A DNA stretch of 46,068 nt from Methanobacteriota archaeon (GTDB lineage: Archaea > Thermoplasmatota > Poseidoniia > MGIII > CG-Epi1): assembly GCA_029977605.1 (NCBI GenBank), contig JAPOKN010000004.1, positions 1-46,068 on the forward strand, in the 5' to 3' direction. Below, one piece after another: positions 1 through 11,000 of the stretch. The notes beneath the pieces are model-generated. The model did not search any database and was not told where the DNA came from. It worked only from the letters and a program-made list of their open reading frames with translations. The translations under genes were made by a program, and so were the position numbers. Every line of letters begins with the position of its first letter. The stretch's first letter is position 1.

Positions 1-64
1 TGATCATCTAAATATCCCAATTCCTGACAAAACAATAAATGCAACCTCTTCTCAAACGTAATTA

Positions 65-141
65 GGGCCTGTAGCCTAGCCTGGAAGGGCGTCTGGCTTC
101 TAACCAGAAGATCCAGGGTTCGAATCCCTGCAGGCCCGCCA
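65..141 (+). tRNA. tRNA-Arg (anticodon UCU), intronless, CCA encoded
   Basis: GGGCCTG/CAGGCCC acceptor stem, anticodon arm TCTGG-CTTCTAA-CCAGA, GTTCGAATC T-loop, 3' GCCA. Confidence 0.95.
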
Positions 142-147
142 CTTATT

Positions 148-1104
148 TTAGAAAGGTAATTTTGTCAAATCTACGTTTCCACCAGTCAATATAATTCCAA
201 CAGTTTCAATGTTATCTAGTTTTCTAAATTCGGGAGTTAAAATTGCTGCAAGAGGTGTTGCACAGCTCGGCTCAATTATAATTTTCATTCTTTCCCATAT
301 TAATTTCATTGCAGTAATTACTTCATCATCATCTACAGTGATTATGGCTTCTAAGTGATCTTTCAAAATTTTCCAAGTATTTTCCCCCATGCTGGTTAGA
401 AGTCCGTCACAAATAGTATCAGGATTCTCTTGAGGCAAAAGTTTTCCTTGTTTTAAAGATCTATATGCGTCATCAGCCCCTTTTGGTTCAGCTCCAAATA
501 ACCTAACATTAGGTAGCATATGTTTAGCAGTAATACATGTTCCAGACATTAGTCCACCACCTCCAATTGGAGCACAAATGGCATCTAATTCTTCAATATC
601 TTCTATCAATTCTAATGCAGCAGTACCTTGTCCTGCGATTACCTTCGGCTCATTAAATGGATGAACGACATATGCGCCAGTTTTTTCAGCAATTTTTTCT
701 AATGTTTCTCTTCTTGCTTTCAGAGTAGGTTCACACAAAGTAATCTTAGCATTGTATCCTTCTACGGCTTGAATTTTAACTTTTGGAGCATTTTTAGGCA
801 TAACTATGTATGCCGGAATATTCCGTTTCATTGCAGCATATGCTACAGCTTGTGCATGGTTTCCACTACTGTGCGTGCAAACTCCCTTTTTGGCTTCTTC
901 CTCAGATAAAGATGATATAGCATTCCACCCTCCTCGAAATTTGAATGCGCCTATCTTCTGGAAATTTTCGCACTTAAAGAATACTTTTTTACCAGTTAAA
1001 TGATCTATTGTTTTATTGGTAAAGATAGGGGTTCGATGACCGTGCCCTTCAATTATTTTTGATGCAGCAATTACATCTTCCATTGATGCCGCATATTTTG
1101 CCAT
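148..1104 (-). CDS. PLP-dependent serine racemase / serine-threonine dehydratase
   Basis: FKCENFQKIGAFKFRGG PLP-lysine motif, SSGNHAQ, PIGGGGL, EPS and TGGNVD; no ACT domain. Start moved from 1149 to ATG 1104 (MAKYAAS). Confidence 0.9.
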   Translation of the reverse strand: MAKYAASMEDVIAASKIIEGHGHRTPIFTNKTIDHLTGKKVFFKCENFQKIGAFKFRGGWNAISSLSEEEAKKGVCTHSSGNHAQAVAYAAMKRNIPAYIVMPKNAPKVKIQAVEGYNAKITLCEPTLKARRETLEKIAEKTGAYVVHPFNEPKVIAGQGTAALELIEDIEELDAICAPIGGGGLMSGTCITAKHMLPNVRLFGAEPKGADDAYRSLKQGKLLPQENPDTICDGLLTSMGENTWKILKDHLEAIITVDDDEVITAMKLIWERMKIIIEPSCATPLAAILTPEFRKLDNIETVGIILTGGNVDLTKLPF

Positions 1105-1224
1105 TGTGTTATTTACATTAGATGGCTTGTAAAAAAGGTTGATACGCATATTTTTCGTCGTATTTAAGTTTAATATTTGTATTTCTTTCTTTTAAAAAGG
1201 GTATTTAAACCTTTAAATAGGCCC

Positions 1225-1232
1225 TTTATATA
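1225..1232 (+). promoter_or_regulatory. Putative TATA box for tbp
   Basis: TTTATATA about 23 nt upstream of ATG 1255, with a GGAGG Shine-Dalgarno just before the ATG. Confidence 0.5.
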
Positions 1233-1254
1233 CACAGTTCTCCGAGGAGGAACT

Positions 1255-1806
1255 ATGGCAGAAATTATAGTAGTAAACGTGGTAGCCAGTGCATCAATTG
1301 GTAAAGAATTGATGCTTCAAGATATTGCTTTTCAGTTAGAAGGAGCAGAGTATGATCAGGATAGATTCCCAGGTTTGATTTACAAACTAGCTGAACCTAA
1401 AACTGCAGTATTGATATTCAGAAGCGGTAAAGTTGTCTGTACAGGTGCAAGATCAATTCCAGATGTTCATGTTGCAATAAACAAGGTTGTTGATGAATTA
1501 AGAGTCTTAGATATGCCTGTTAAAGATGAACCAGATATTGTTATTCAAAATATTGTAGCAACAACTAATTTGGAATCTACACTTAATTTGATTCAGATTG
1601 CAATGTCATTAGGTTTTGAGAATGTAGAATACGAGCCTGAAGCATTTCCTGGTCTAGTTTACCGTATGGACGATCCAAAAGTTGTTCTTTTATTGTTCGG
1701 TAGCGGTAAAATGGTGTGCGTTGGAGCTAGAGAAGTTAATAACATCAAAGACGCTGTTCGAAACATCAAAGAAGAGTTATCAACAGCAGGTTTAATGAGG
1801 ACATAA
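1255..1806 (+). CDS. tbp: TATA-box binding protein
   Basis: Two TBP repeats (NVVAS..FPGLIYK..IFRSGKVVCTGA and NIVAT..YEPEAFPGLVYR..LFGSGKMVCVGA). Start set at ATG 1255 after GGAGG. Confidence 0.97.
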   Translation: MAEIIVVNVVASASIGKELMLQDIAFQLEGAEYDQDRFPGLIYKLAEPKTAVLIFRSGKVVCTGARSIPDVHVAINKVVDELRVLDMPVKDEPDIVIQNIVATTNLESTLNLIQIAMSLGFENVEYEPEAFPGLVYRMDDPKVVLLLFGSGKMVCVGAREVNNIKDAVRNIKEELSTAGLMRT

Positions 1807-1810
1807 GTCC

Positions 1811-1984
1811 ATGATTAGTATAGAGCAATTGATTCAACGATTAGAGGCTTTACACGAAGAGAATAATGATCAAGCATTAGAAGTATCAATAGATATCTTC
1901 AATCGTTTAAGGCGCAATATTTCTGGACGCAATACTCTTTATGGGTATCTCTCAGATGACATGTGGCGCGATTTAGAGTGGTGA
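1811..1984 (+). CDS. Small hypothetical protein, 57 aa (MISIEQLIQRLEALHEENNDQALEVSIDIFNRLRRNISGRNTLYGYLSDDMWRDLEW)
   Basis: Hand-translated and absent from the ORF track. Fills the tbp-aIF5A gap with 4-nt spacers on each side; GAGG lies upstream. Confidence 0.65.
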   Translation: MISIEQLIQRLEALHEENNDQALEVSIDIFNRLRRNISGRNTLYGYLSDDMWRDLEW

Positions 1985-1988
1985 ATAA

Positions 1989-2384
1989 ATGAGTCAAACA
2001 TCAATTCAAGAAATTAGGACTTTGAAAGTAGGCAGATACATTGTCATAGACGATGAACCATGTAAATTAGTTGAATACGTTACATCTAAACCAGGAAAAC
2101 ACGGTGAAGCAAAAGCCCGTATGGTCGCTATTGGTCTTTTCGATGGTCAGAAAAGGTCTTTGGTACACCCTGTAAAACATAAGGTTCACGTACCTCAAGT
2201 AGATCGCCGTAAAGCTCAAGTTTTAGCCAATTTAGGATCTGAAATTCAGATGATGGATTTAGAAGATTACAATACATTCAATGTGCCTTTATCCGTCATT
2301 CCAGAAAAATTTCATGGAAATATGGAACCTGGAAATGAAATAGTATATCTATCTGCTATGGGTAGAGTCCTGGTAACAGACTAA
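1989..2384 (+). CDS. eif5a: Translation factor aIF5A
   Basis: Hypusine loop SKPGKHGEAK, C-terminal OB fold (QMMDLEDY), GGTGA SD. Confidence 0.96.
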   Translation: MSQTSIQEIRTLKVGRYIVIDDEPCKLVEYVTSKPGKHGEAKARMVAIGLFDGQKRSLVHPVKHKVHVPQVDRRKAQVLANLGSEIQMMDLEDYNTFNVPLSVIPEKFHGNMEPGNEIVYLSAMGRVLVTD

Positions 2385-2385
2385 A

Positions 2386-3246
2386 GTGACAGAATTCTTC
2401 GCAGACGCAGAGTCATCATTTGACAATTCTAAATTTGTATATTATGGATATCCTTATGATGGAACGGCTTGTTTCAGAAAGGGAGCTTCTTTAGCTCCAG
2501 ATGAGATACGTAAACACAGCTATAATTTTGAAACTTACTTACTAGAGTTAGGAGTAGATATTACAGATGTTTCTATGAATGATTGGGGAAATATTGATGT
2601 TTCCTCAGATCAAGAAAAAAATGAAACTGCAGTTGAAGAGTTAGTCTCTAAAATTGTTAACGCAAATAAATTCCCCATAGGTTTAGGGGGCGAGCATTCG
2701 TTGACTCCTCCTGCAGTCAAAGCTTTACATTCAAAATATCCTACTTTATCTGTTGTAATTTTAGATGCTCATTTAGACTTTAGAAAAGAATACGAGGGCA
2801 ATCCTCTCTCTCATGCCACCGTAACTAGGAGAGTTAGCGAAATAGTTGGTATAGAAAAAGTACGTCCAGTGGGTATTCGCTCGGTGTCTCAATCTGAAAT
2901 TTCAGAGGCTAGGTCAGTTGGATTGAACTTTTTGGAATCTGGTTGGACTGAGCTTAGAGAATATTTATCAGACGTTATTGAAGATTTAGAAGGGCCGATT
3001 TATTTGAGTTTAGATATGGATGCCGTAGATCCAGCATTTGCACCGGGAGTAGGAACTCCTGAACCTTTGGGTATGACACCTTATGAAGTAATACAGACAG
3101 TCAACTTCTTTGCAGATAGAATAGTAGGTTTTGACTGTGTTGAAGTTTGTCCACCTCATGACAACGGCAATACTTCTGCGCTTGCTGCAAGGTTAATTCG
3201 TCATTTAGTAGGTGCCGTATGGCAATCTCAGCAAAGATTCAAATAA
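2386..3246 (+). CDS. speB: Agmatinase (ureohydrolase family)
   Basis: GGEHS, DAHLD, SLDMDAVDPAFAPGVGTPEPLG motifs; GTG start adjacent to aIF5A. Confidence 0.92.
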   Translation: MTEFFADAESSFDNSKFVYYGYPYDGTACFRKGASLAPDEIRKHSYNFETYLLELGVDITDVSMNDWGNIDVSSDQEKNETAVEELVSKIVNANKFPIGLGGEHSLTPPAVKALHSKYPTLSVVILDAHLDFRKEYEGNPLSHATVTRRVSEIVGIEKVRPVGIRSVSQSEISEARSVGLNFLESGWTELREYLSDVIEDLEGPIYLSLDMDAVDPAFAPGVGTPEPLGMTPYEVIQTVNFFADRIVGFDCVEVCPPHDNGNTSALAARLIRHLVGAVWQSQQRFK

Positions 3247-3248
3247 AT

Positions 3249-3860
3249 TCAGTATTCAACGGGTACAGGATCTAAACTTCTCCACATATACCAAGTCGCT
3301 ATAGAGCACCATGGGCTCCACTTTTCCTTAAATTTCATTAATTTTTCTTTGCTAAGTTTTTCCTTGTTATTATAATGTAGGTTAATTGCATTAACTAATC
3401 CAATGTCTCCGAGTGGTAAAATATTAGTTCTACCCAATCTAAAAATGAGAAACATATCTGCAGTCCAAGGGCCAATCCCTTTAATTTTACACAATTCATT
3501 ACTTACTTCCTCATCGTTCATATCTTCCCAATCTAATTCAGATAGGTTAGCATTTACAATATTCATTATATAATTCGATTTAGTGTTGGAAAGCCCGGTT
3601 TTTCGCATATCCTCAATACTTAACCGCAGTAGATTTTTCTCAGTTATTGAATTGTCACACGCATCATCTAGCCTGTTCCAAATTGCATCTGCAGCTCTTA
3701 CTGAAATTTGTTGGCCTACTACAGATCTTACTAGCGTGTGCAAGGTGTCATTTTTCATTTCCATTCTTTCTTTGGGATAATTGGCTATAATTTTTGCAAT
3801 AACGTTATCATTTTTACTTAAATCTGTCACTGCTTTATCCCACTCAGCAAGCATATTCAT
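3249..3860 (-). CDS. alkA: DNA-3-methyladenine glycosylase II (HhH-GPD family)
   Basis: VGQQIS, HhH IKGIGPWTA, LPLGD, W.PW.S.A..Y.W. Confidence 0.9.
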   Translation of the reverse strand: MNMLAEWDKAVTDLSKNDNVIAKIIANYPKERMEMKNDTLHTLVRSVVGQQISVRAADAIWNRLDDACDNSITEKNLLRLSIEDMRKTGLSNTKSNYIMNIVNANLSELDWEDMNDEEVSNELCKIKGIGPWTADMFLIFRLGRTNILPLGDIGLVNAINLHYNNKEKLSKEKLMKFKEKWSPWCSIATWYMWRSLDPVPVEY

Positions 3861-3912
3861 TTAGTTTGAATACCGCGTACCTAAAATAGAGCTACGTTGG
3901 TGGAAAATATGT

Positions 3913-3999
3913 GCGGGGGTCGCATAGTCTGGCCAATTGCGTCGGGCTCAAAATCCGATCCTTAGTGGTACGTGGGTTCGAATCCCTCCCCCCGCACCA
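3913..3999 (+). tRNA. tRNA-Leu (anticodon CAA), long variable arm, CCA encoded
   Basis: GCGGGGG/CCCCCGC acceptor stem, TCGGG-CTCAAAA-TCCGA anticodon arm, GTTCGAATC, 3' ACCA. Confidence 0.93.
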
Positions 4000-4338
4000 T
4001 TACAGTTCAATTAAACATCTTTTAACAACATTTCCATCGATTAAATGTTCTTTTACTATTTCAGGGATGTCTTTCTCCGGATTCACAACAGAATACCACA
4101 CACCTTCAGGATAAATTACGATAGTTGGCCCTTGTTCACAAAAATCTAAACATCCAGCAGAATTGATTCTAATGTTCTTTTTTGCATAATTATCTAATTC
4201 CTTTTTGAATAATGCTTTTATGTCACCTTTACTTTTTTTGGAACAGCATTCTCTTGGATGTCCATTTTCTCTTTTATTTTCACAAACAAACACGTGTCTA
4301 TCAAATCCAACAACTTTTCTACCTTTTGGATCCTTCAT
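4000..4338 (-). CDS. Thioredoxin-like [2Fe-2S] ferredoxin
   Basis: HVFVC...CC...SAGCLDFCEQGPTIVIYPEGVWY. ATG 4338 overlaps the pdxT stop (ATGA). Confidence 0.88.
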   Translation of the reverse strand: MKDPKGRKVVGFDRHVFVCENKRENGHPRECCSKKSKGDIKALFKKELDNYAKKNIRINSAGCLDFCEQGPTIVIYPEGVWYSVVNPEKDIPEIVKEHLIDGNVVKRCLIEL

Positions 4339-4871
4339 TGCAATCCTCTTAACCACATTTCGTGAAAATAGGTGTCATTAGTTAGTTCAGGATGAAATGT
4401 TAATGCCATATTTTTTCTATCAGTACATGCTACTATCTCACCTTTGCAAAATGCAATTGGTTTCGAATTTCCTACTTTCGTTATTGCTGGAGCTCTAATG
4501 AAAACGCCTCTAAAATTTGGATAATCTTCAATTTCCAATTTTTCCTCAAATGAATCTATCTGTCTTCCGTAAAAATTTCGATCAATAACATAATCCATTT
4601 TTTCAAATGTAATATCATCGCTTTTACCTAATAGTATGGCTCCAGCACAAGTTCCCATAATTGGCATATCACTTTTCATTATGAAATCCCAAAGATTAGC
4701 ATTAACAAGTAACTTACGCAGTGTAGTAGATTCGCCGCCAGGCATAATCAAGCCATCAATGTCTCTTATGTCTTCTGTATTTCTTATTTCCTTGTTACTG
4801 ATATTTAGCGAATCCAAAGCTGCACAATGCTCCGAAACTGCACCCTGAAGAGCTAATACACCGATAAGCAT
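4335..4871 (-). CDS. pdxT: PLP synthase glutaminase subunit
   Basis: GVLALQGA, PGGESTT, GTCAG, FIRAP, FHPEL. Confidence 0.95.
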   Translation of the reverse strand: MLIGVLALQGAVSEHCAALDSLNISNKEIRNTEDIRDIDGLIMPGGESTTLRKLLVNANLWDFIMKSDMPIMGTCAGAILLGKSDDITFEKMDYVIDRNFYGRQIDSFEEKLEIEDYPNFRGVFIRAPAITKVGNSKPIAFCKGEIVACTDRKNMALTFHPELTNDTYFHEMWLRGLQ

Positions 4872-4938
4872 AAATTGAATAGAATTTTACCCTTAAAATA
4901 GCTTCTCATTTTTTCTTTCAAAAAAATAAATGCCAACC

Positions 4939-5014
4939 TTTATAATATATTGGCGTCATGTATGTAATCCTTCAACGGGCTAAAACCTGTTGATTTAAGG
5001 ACTCAACCAAGGTG
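4939..5014 (+). promoter_or_regulatory. TATA box, structured 5' leader and SD of the 2374-aa surface protein gene
   Basis: TTTATAAT 4939-4946; hairpin TCCT/TCAACGGG-CTAAAA-CCTGTTGA/AGGA 4968-5001; AAGGTG 5009-5014. Confidence 0.5.
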
Positions 5015-5021
5015 TGTACAT

Positions 5022-8000
5022 ATGCAAGAAACCTATAAAATAGAAAAGAGAGATTGGGCTGCAACCCTAATGGCTGTTGTAGTCGTCGTGACTATGGTCA
5101 CCAGTACATTCGTACTGTTTGCACCAGAGGCATCGGCAAGAACCGGTAGCGATAGCTACGGTTATAGTTTTAAAGATTCAGCAGAAACTGATGGTCCAAC
5201 TTATGATTGGACAGATATTGTAAGTAGTGGAACAAAATTACTTGGCAGTACAACTGATGGAGCGCAAGGTCCATTTAACATCGGATTCGATTTTGAATTT
5301 TATGAAACCTCGTACGACAAGTTTTACAATGGAGGAGACAACGGTTACATTACATTCGGCGGAGCAGTTTCGAATGCTTGGACGCCTTATGCACTTCCAG
5401 CAACTCAACTTGGCCAAAATGCAATAGTTGCAGGATGGTTTGACGGTGGTTTCTGTACATCTAGAAATCCTAACTCTGGAGTTTATTATGAAACCGTAGG
5501 AGACGAAGGATCTAGACAATTAATTATACAAATGCAAGACCAAGTATACTGGAGTGCTAGAGATGGCAGTTCATATTGTAACAGTGGAAGTGCCTGGGCA
5601 ACTAACACAATTACTTGGCAAATTCTTTTGAACGAAGGTTCCAACAGTATTGTATTACAATATAAAGATGCAACCGGCGGTTCATTTTACGATAACGAAT
5701 ATCTGACATCAGGTATTCAAGGTGTTGTAGATGGTACTCAATATGGTCTACAATACAAATACAGGTCTACACCATCTTCGACTATAGCAGATGAAACTGC
5801 AGTCAAGTTTGTAGCACCACCTCCAAAGAGAAATGACTTGAAATTGTCAGCAACTACTATCCCACAGCCAATTTCATTGGCAGAAGATAACATTCTAGGT
5901 GCAACTGTAACCAACAACGGAGTTAACTGTGATACTGCAGGAGATTGTACTCCAGTACCAGAAACTGACGTTGATGTTACAGCTAGTATATTTTCAGTTA
6001 AAGAAACAGTCACAGAGTTTGACTTTGATGATAGATCAAATGCTGAAGGATGGACTCATTCCGGTATAGGCGGAGCTTCAAGTAAGTGGACTCAAGCACT
6101 GAATGATGGTGTTGGAAATTACAACTACGGTGAAGAAGGAACTGACGATGGTTCATGGTCTTCAGGACGTAAATCAACAACTTTCAGTGGATTGTTCAGC
6201 GATAATCAAAGAATTCACTACGATGGAACAGATATACTCGTAGCAGATGATGGATCTAACTCAGTTAAGAAAATTGATACTACAGATAATTCTGTAACAA
6301 CTATACTCGGACCTGACCTAACAAATTTACGAAATGTTCTTGATGTAACTTCTGATGAAGATTATTATTATACATTGGCAAGAGCATCCAGTACTTATTC
6401 CTCAACAACACGCATATGTAAATGGGATAGAGATGATGGTGCAATGGTAGGTTCTTGTTCAACTGCAGGAAAATATGGTACAGCATTAACTATCTATGAA
6501 GATGCAGACGAATTATTCCTTCTTCAAACATCATCAAGTAGTACATACCGTAAGATTGTAGGTTTCTCTACATCTAACTTAGCAACTAACGGAAAATCAA
6601 TTAGTTATGGTAGTGGAGTATCATCATACTACTATTCACAAGATATTGATGCAGATGAAAATACAGGAGATGTTTACATTTCATACAGAGAATATAATGG
6701 CCGAATGAGAGCTTACGAAAGAGCTACAGACGGTAGTTACTGTGCAAGTACCTCTTGTTACACTCAAGTTTACACTGGAGCCAGGTATCCAATCAGTATG
6801 GAAGTTCATGATAACTACGCATACATAATGGGATACTATTACTCATCATGGTATGGAGGTATCAAGAAAATGCCTACCAACTCTTTGAGTAGTATAACAA
6901 CAGTTATTTCTTCGTTCACACAAGGAACTTACAAAGGTTCTCTTGCAATAACTGATTCGGAAGATATCTACGTGTCTAGTAATTATGCATACAGTTACTA
7001 TAATTTCTTGAATTATCAAGATGCAGTATATTACTTTGAATCTGGAAGTACTTCAGGTACAGCTACTACTACAATTGGTCCAGCACCAACATATCTTGCA
7101 GCATTGAGCTCTCCAGCAATGGATCTTAGTGACGCAGTAGGATTAGAGATGTCTTTCAAAATCTCGTATAATTTCTACTTCAGATACGAAGGAGCTTACT
7201 TAGAAGTTTCAACAGATGGTGGAAATAACTGGGAATACATCAGTAATGATAAATTATCAGGTAAGAAATATTATGGAACTACCTACACAACATGGGGTAA
7301 CCCATTGGTAACTTCAAGAGATGCATGGACTTACTATGATACAGATGGTCGATATTCCTCTTATTCTAACACAGAAAATTGGAAAGAGACTACTGCAACA
7401 TTGGATGAATACACAGGATATGATGACGTACGTCTTCGTTTCGTTGTCGGATATAATACATATTCAATGTCATACTATAATGCATTCTTCAGAGTAGATG
7501 ATGTGTCTTTTACAGCACTAGAAGCAGATGAAACTTTTGCAACAGAAACCCAAACTATAGATTCTCTTGATTTCAAAGCATCAGAATCAGTAAGTTTCTT
7601 TGCAACAAATAAATTCAAGCCTAGCGCAGAAGGATTGCAGGTTGGCGATACAGTAGGAATATCTATTAATGTTCCAGGAAACGCTAATGATGAAGACAAA
7701 ACAAATCAACGTGTAGTTGTCTTTAGAGAAGTAAAATATGTTATATTTTCAGATGACTTCGAAGGTGGAGATAAAGGTTGGACTGATGGAAAAGTTCAAT
7801 ACGGAACTAGTGATTGGGCAGTCCGCTCAATTTCCGCATCAAGTGGTGCAAATTCGATGGACAGTGGTTACAGAAACAGTAATCCAGTTCCTTCTGATAC
7901 TTATGTTTCCACACCAGCATTAGATCTAGGTTTACCTGTTGAAGCTGAACTTCAAATGAAAATAGCATATTATGGATATTATACATATGATGGATACCAA

Positions 8001-11000
8001 GCACAAATATCAGATGATGGTGGAAGTACTTGGTCTATGATAACACCTATCGGCGGTTATCCAAATAATATCTACAATTACGCATACTACGGAAACCCAT
8101 TGCGCGGTCAACCAGCATACACATACTATGGATCTAGTACAGGTTTCACCAGTTCACCAGATTCAAATAAGTATATTGATGTAAAATTCAACCTTGATGC
8201 ATACACCGGTCAAGATGACATTATGTTTAGATGGGTTGCAGGATGGTCATCTATACCAACAGGATATGGATTCTATAATTCATTCTTGAGATTTGATGAC
8301 TTTGCAGTAACTGGTCTTGTGTACAACGATAACGTAGGAGTAAGTGCTTTAGAGCTTCCAGATCCAATTGGAATTGATGAGACTATTGCATTATCTACTA
8401 CAGTCATTAATGCAGGAATCAATAACCAAACAGCTGGAGCAGCTAAAGTAAGATTGCAATTAGGACCTATGGGTCTTGCAACTTACGATACTAGTGATGA
8501 CATAGAGTATACCTCTGTTTCAGAAGCTGCAGCAGCCGGTTGGAGTATGACAGATAAAGTATGTAATACTACATACGGAACATGTACTTCATGGGGAAGT
8601 CCAGCAGGTTTCACAATTGTCGCTGATGATGATACAACCGCATTAGGTCCAGAGGATGGAGAATTCGAGATGTACTACAGCGGTGGAAGTACAGAAACTA
8701 CTACACCTACCTTGAACTTCGCAGATGCTGAAAGTGATCTGAAATTAACCTTGAAACACAGATATAATTTCGATTATTATTCTGGCATGAGTACTGCATA
8801 CAATGGTGGACAAGTCTTGATTTCTACAGATGATGGAGACAATTGGGAATTATTCACACCTGAAGGCGGATATCCAGGAACAATGTACAATTATGCATAT
8901 TATGCAAATCCATTGTACAACCAAGCTGGATTCGTTCACTGTGGTGACTGTTCAGGAGTAAGTGGAACTGCTTCAGATAATGAAGACAAGTACATTGAAA
9001 CAGTATTCGACATGGCAGACTACGTTGGTGAAACAGAAGTCAAACTTAAGTTCCAAGTAGGAATGTATCGATATCAGTATCCAGGTGATGGAGAACACTG
9101 GTACATTGATTCATTAGCATTTACTGGAACTGGTATGGAGTCTGTAGCCTTTGAAGAAATTGTAGCAATTTCCGGAGCTGCAGGACCATTTGTTAGCGGT
9201 GAAAAATTCGAATATTCAAAAGATTACCACTTCCAAGTTCCAGGTGAATACAAAATCGAGTTCACTACTTGGATTGGATCAGATCCTTCAGCAGGAGATG
9301 ATTTTACAGGAGATAATACTGCAGCTGCAACACGTGAGACTATGTTTACCATAGCTGGAACAACAGCAGATGCAGATGCAACCTCTAACAAGAATGATGA
9401 ATTGAATAGAATGTATTACGAAGACGATTGGACATCAGCCAAGGATGGAGGTCCTCAGGACGGACATCAATGGAGAACAGATTCAACATCAAGTTCACCT
9501 GATTCACCAGTATGGTGGGTCGGACCTGATGCATATGGTTCTTCATACAATGGAGATGATGTAAGTCTAATGTCACCAGTAATTGATCTTTCACAAGCTA
9601 CCTCAGCAAAATTAGTGTTTGATCACGTTTTCTCATTCTACGCAAGTATTGGAAACTACAACTATTATTATGATGGTGGTAGAGTAGAAATTAGTACTAA
9701 TGGTGGAAGCACTTGGTCAGCCTTACCTGTCACATCAGGTCAAGGATATGGTGGATCTGTTTACAACTACGCATACTACGGTAACCCTCTAAGAGGTCAG
9801 CAAGCTTTCGTTGCATCTTCTTCAGCAGGTAATAGCATGGTAGAGACACAATGTAGTTTGAATGATTACACTGGCGAAGGTTTCGACAATGTAAGACTCA
9901 GATTCAGATACGGTGGAGCTTTCCCTAACTGGGGAAGTACTTGGAGCATTGACAATGTTGGTATCTACGGACTTGGTTTCGATTTGAAACAAACTAGTTC
10001 ATCTGTACCTTACACATTAGAAGTCGGTGAATCCAGTACAATAACTACCTCGTTTATTAACCAAGGTAAAGGAGACCTAGGTGCCGGTGGCGCAATGTCT
10101 GAAGCTTATGCATACGCATATGTTAACGACATGAGCGGTAACGAGCTATGGTCTTCATCCAGCTCATTGGGTAACTTAGACATGGCATATTATGATGAAA
10201 ACGGAAACACATTTGCTGGAGAATCTACTCCAACAATTAGTTTCGATTTCCCAGGTATGTCCAATGCAGGTATGTACACAGCAGGTGTAATGGTTGCAGA
10301 CTCTAATGGAGACATGTTGTCAGATTTATTCTCAGCAAACAATGATGCAAATCATATGTTGTTAGTAGGTCTTGGAGCTGACATGGGTTCACCAATGCTA
10401 GCAGGCGGATCTAACTGGGGCGCAGCTTCAGATGTTCCATCAGATGTTGGTGCAGGTGCTCTTGGAGTCGCTTGGGATGAAACAGGCGTTGCAACAGGAA
10501 CATTAGACATAGATATTGCAAGTCAAGGAACAGGATTTGTCCCTGAATCACCTACAGTTCAAATTGGAACAACTGTGAAATGGACTAATTCAGATACCAT
10601 GACTCATACTGTAACTGATAAAGCATCAGAGTTTGATTCATTCGATATCGCACCAGGTAGTTCCTTTGAATTAACGTTCAATGAAATAGGAGTGTTCACT
10701 TACTACTGTAAATACCATCCAATGATGGAAGGTACAATTACAGTAACATCTGACAATAGTGCAGATGAGCAAGCAAGAACAAACTACATCAATGTCTGGT
10801 CTGCAGAATCATACTTGTTCTTCTGGGCTAAGTATGACCTTTCTGATGATAGTGCAATATCTGTATATGCACAAAAGAAAGGCTCAGACATAGATGATGC
10901 AGGAACACTAGCTCTTTGGGGAGCTAATGGATTCAAGATAATGGATGGTTCAGATCATTCAGAAGTCGGAGATTCTTTAACTGGAGATAGCGGCTGGAAC

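Noticed and set aside
1-61. Possible 3' end of a plus-strand CDS (DHLNIPIPDKTINATSSQT*)
   Set aside because: Too short to support or identify.
65-3999. tRNAs as integration sites of a genomic island
   Set aside because: No integrase or transposase, I saw no duplicated tRNA 3' end, and the flanking genes are housekeeping.
3911-4114. 67-aa plus-strand ORF in the track
   Set aside because: It overlies tRNA-Leu and the antisense ferredoxin; spurious.
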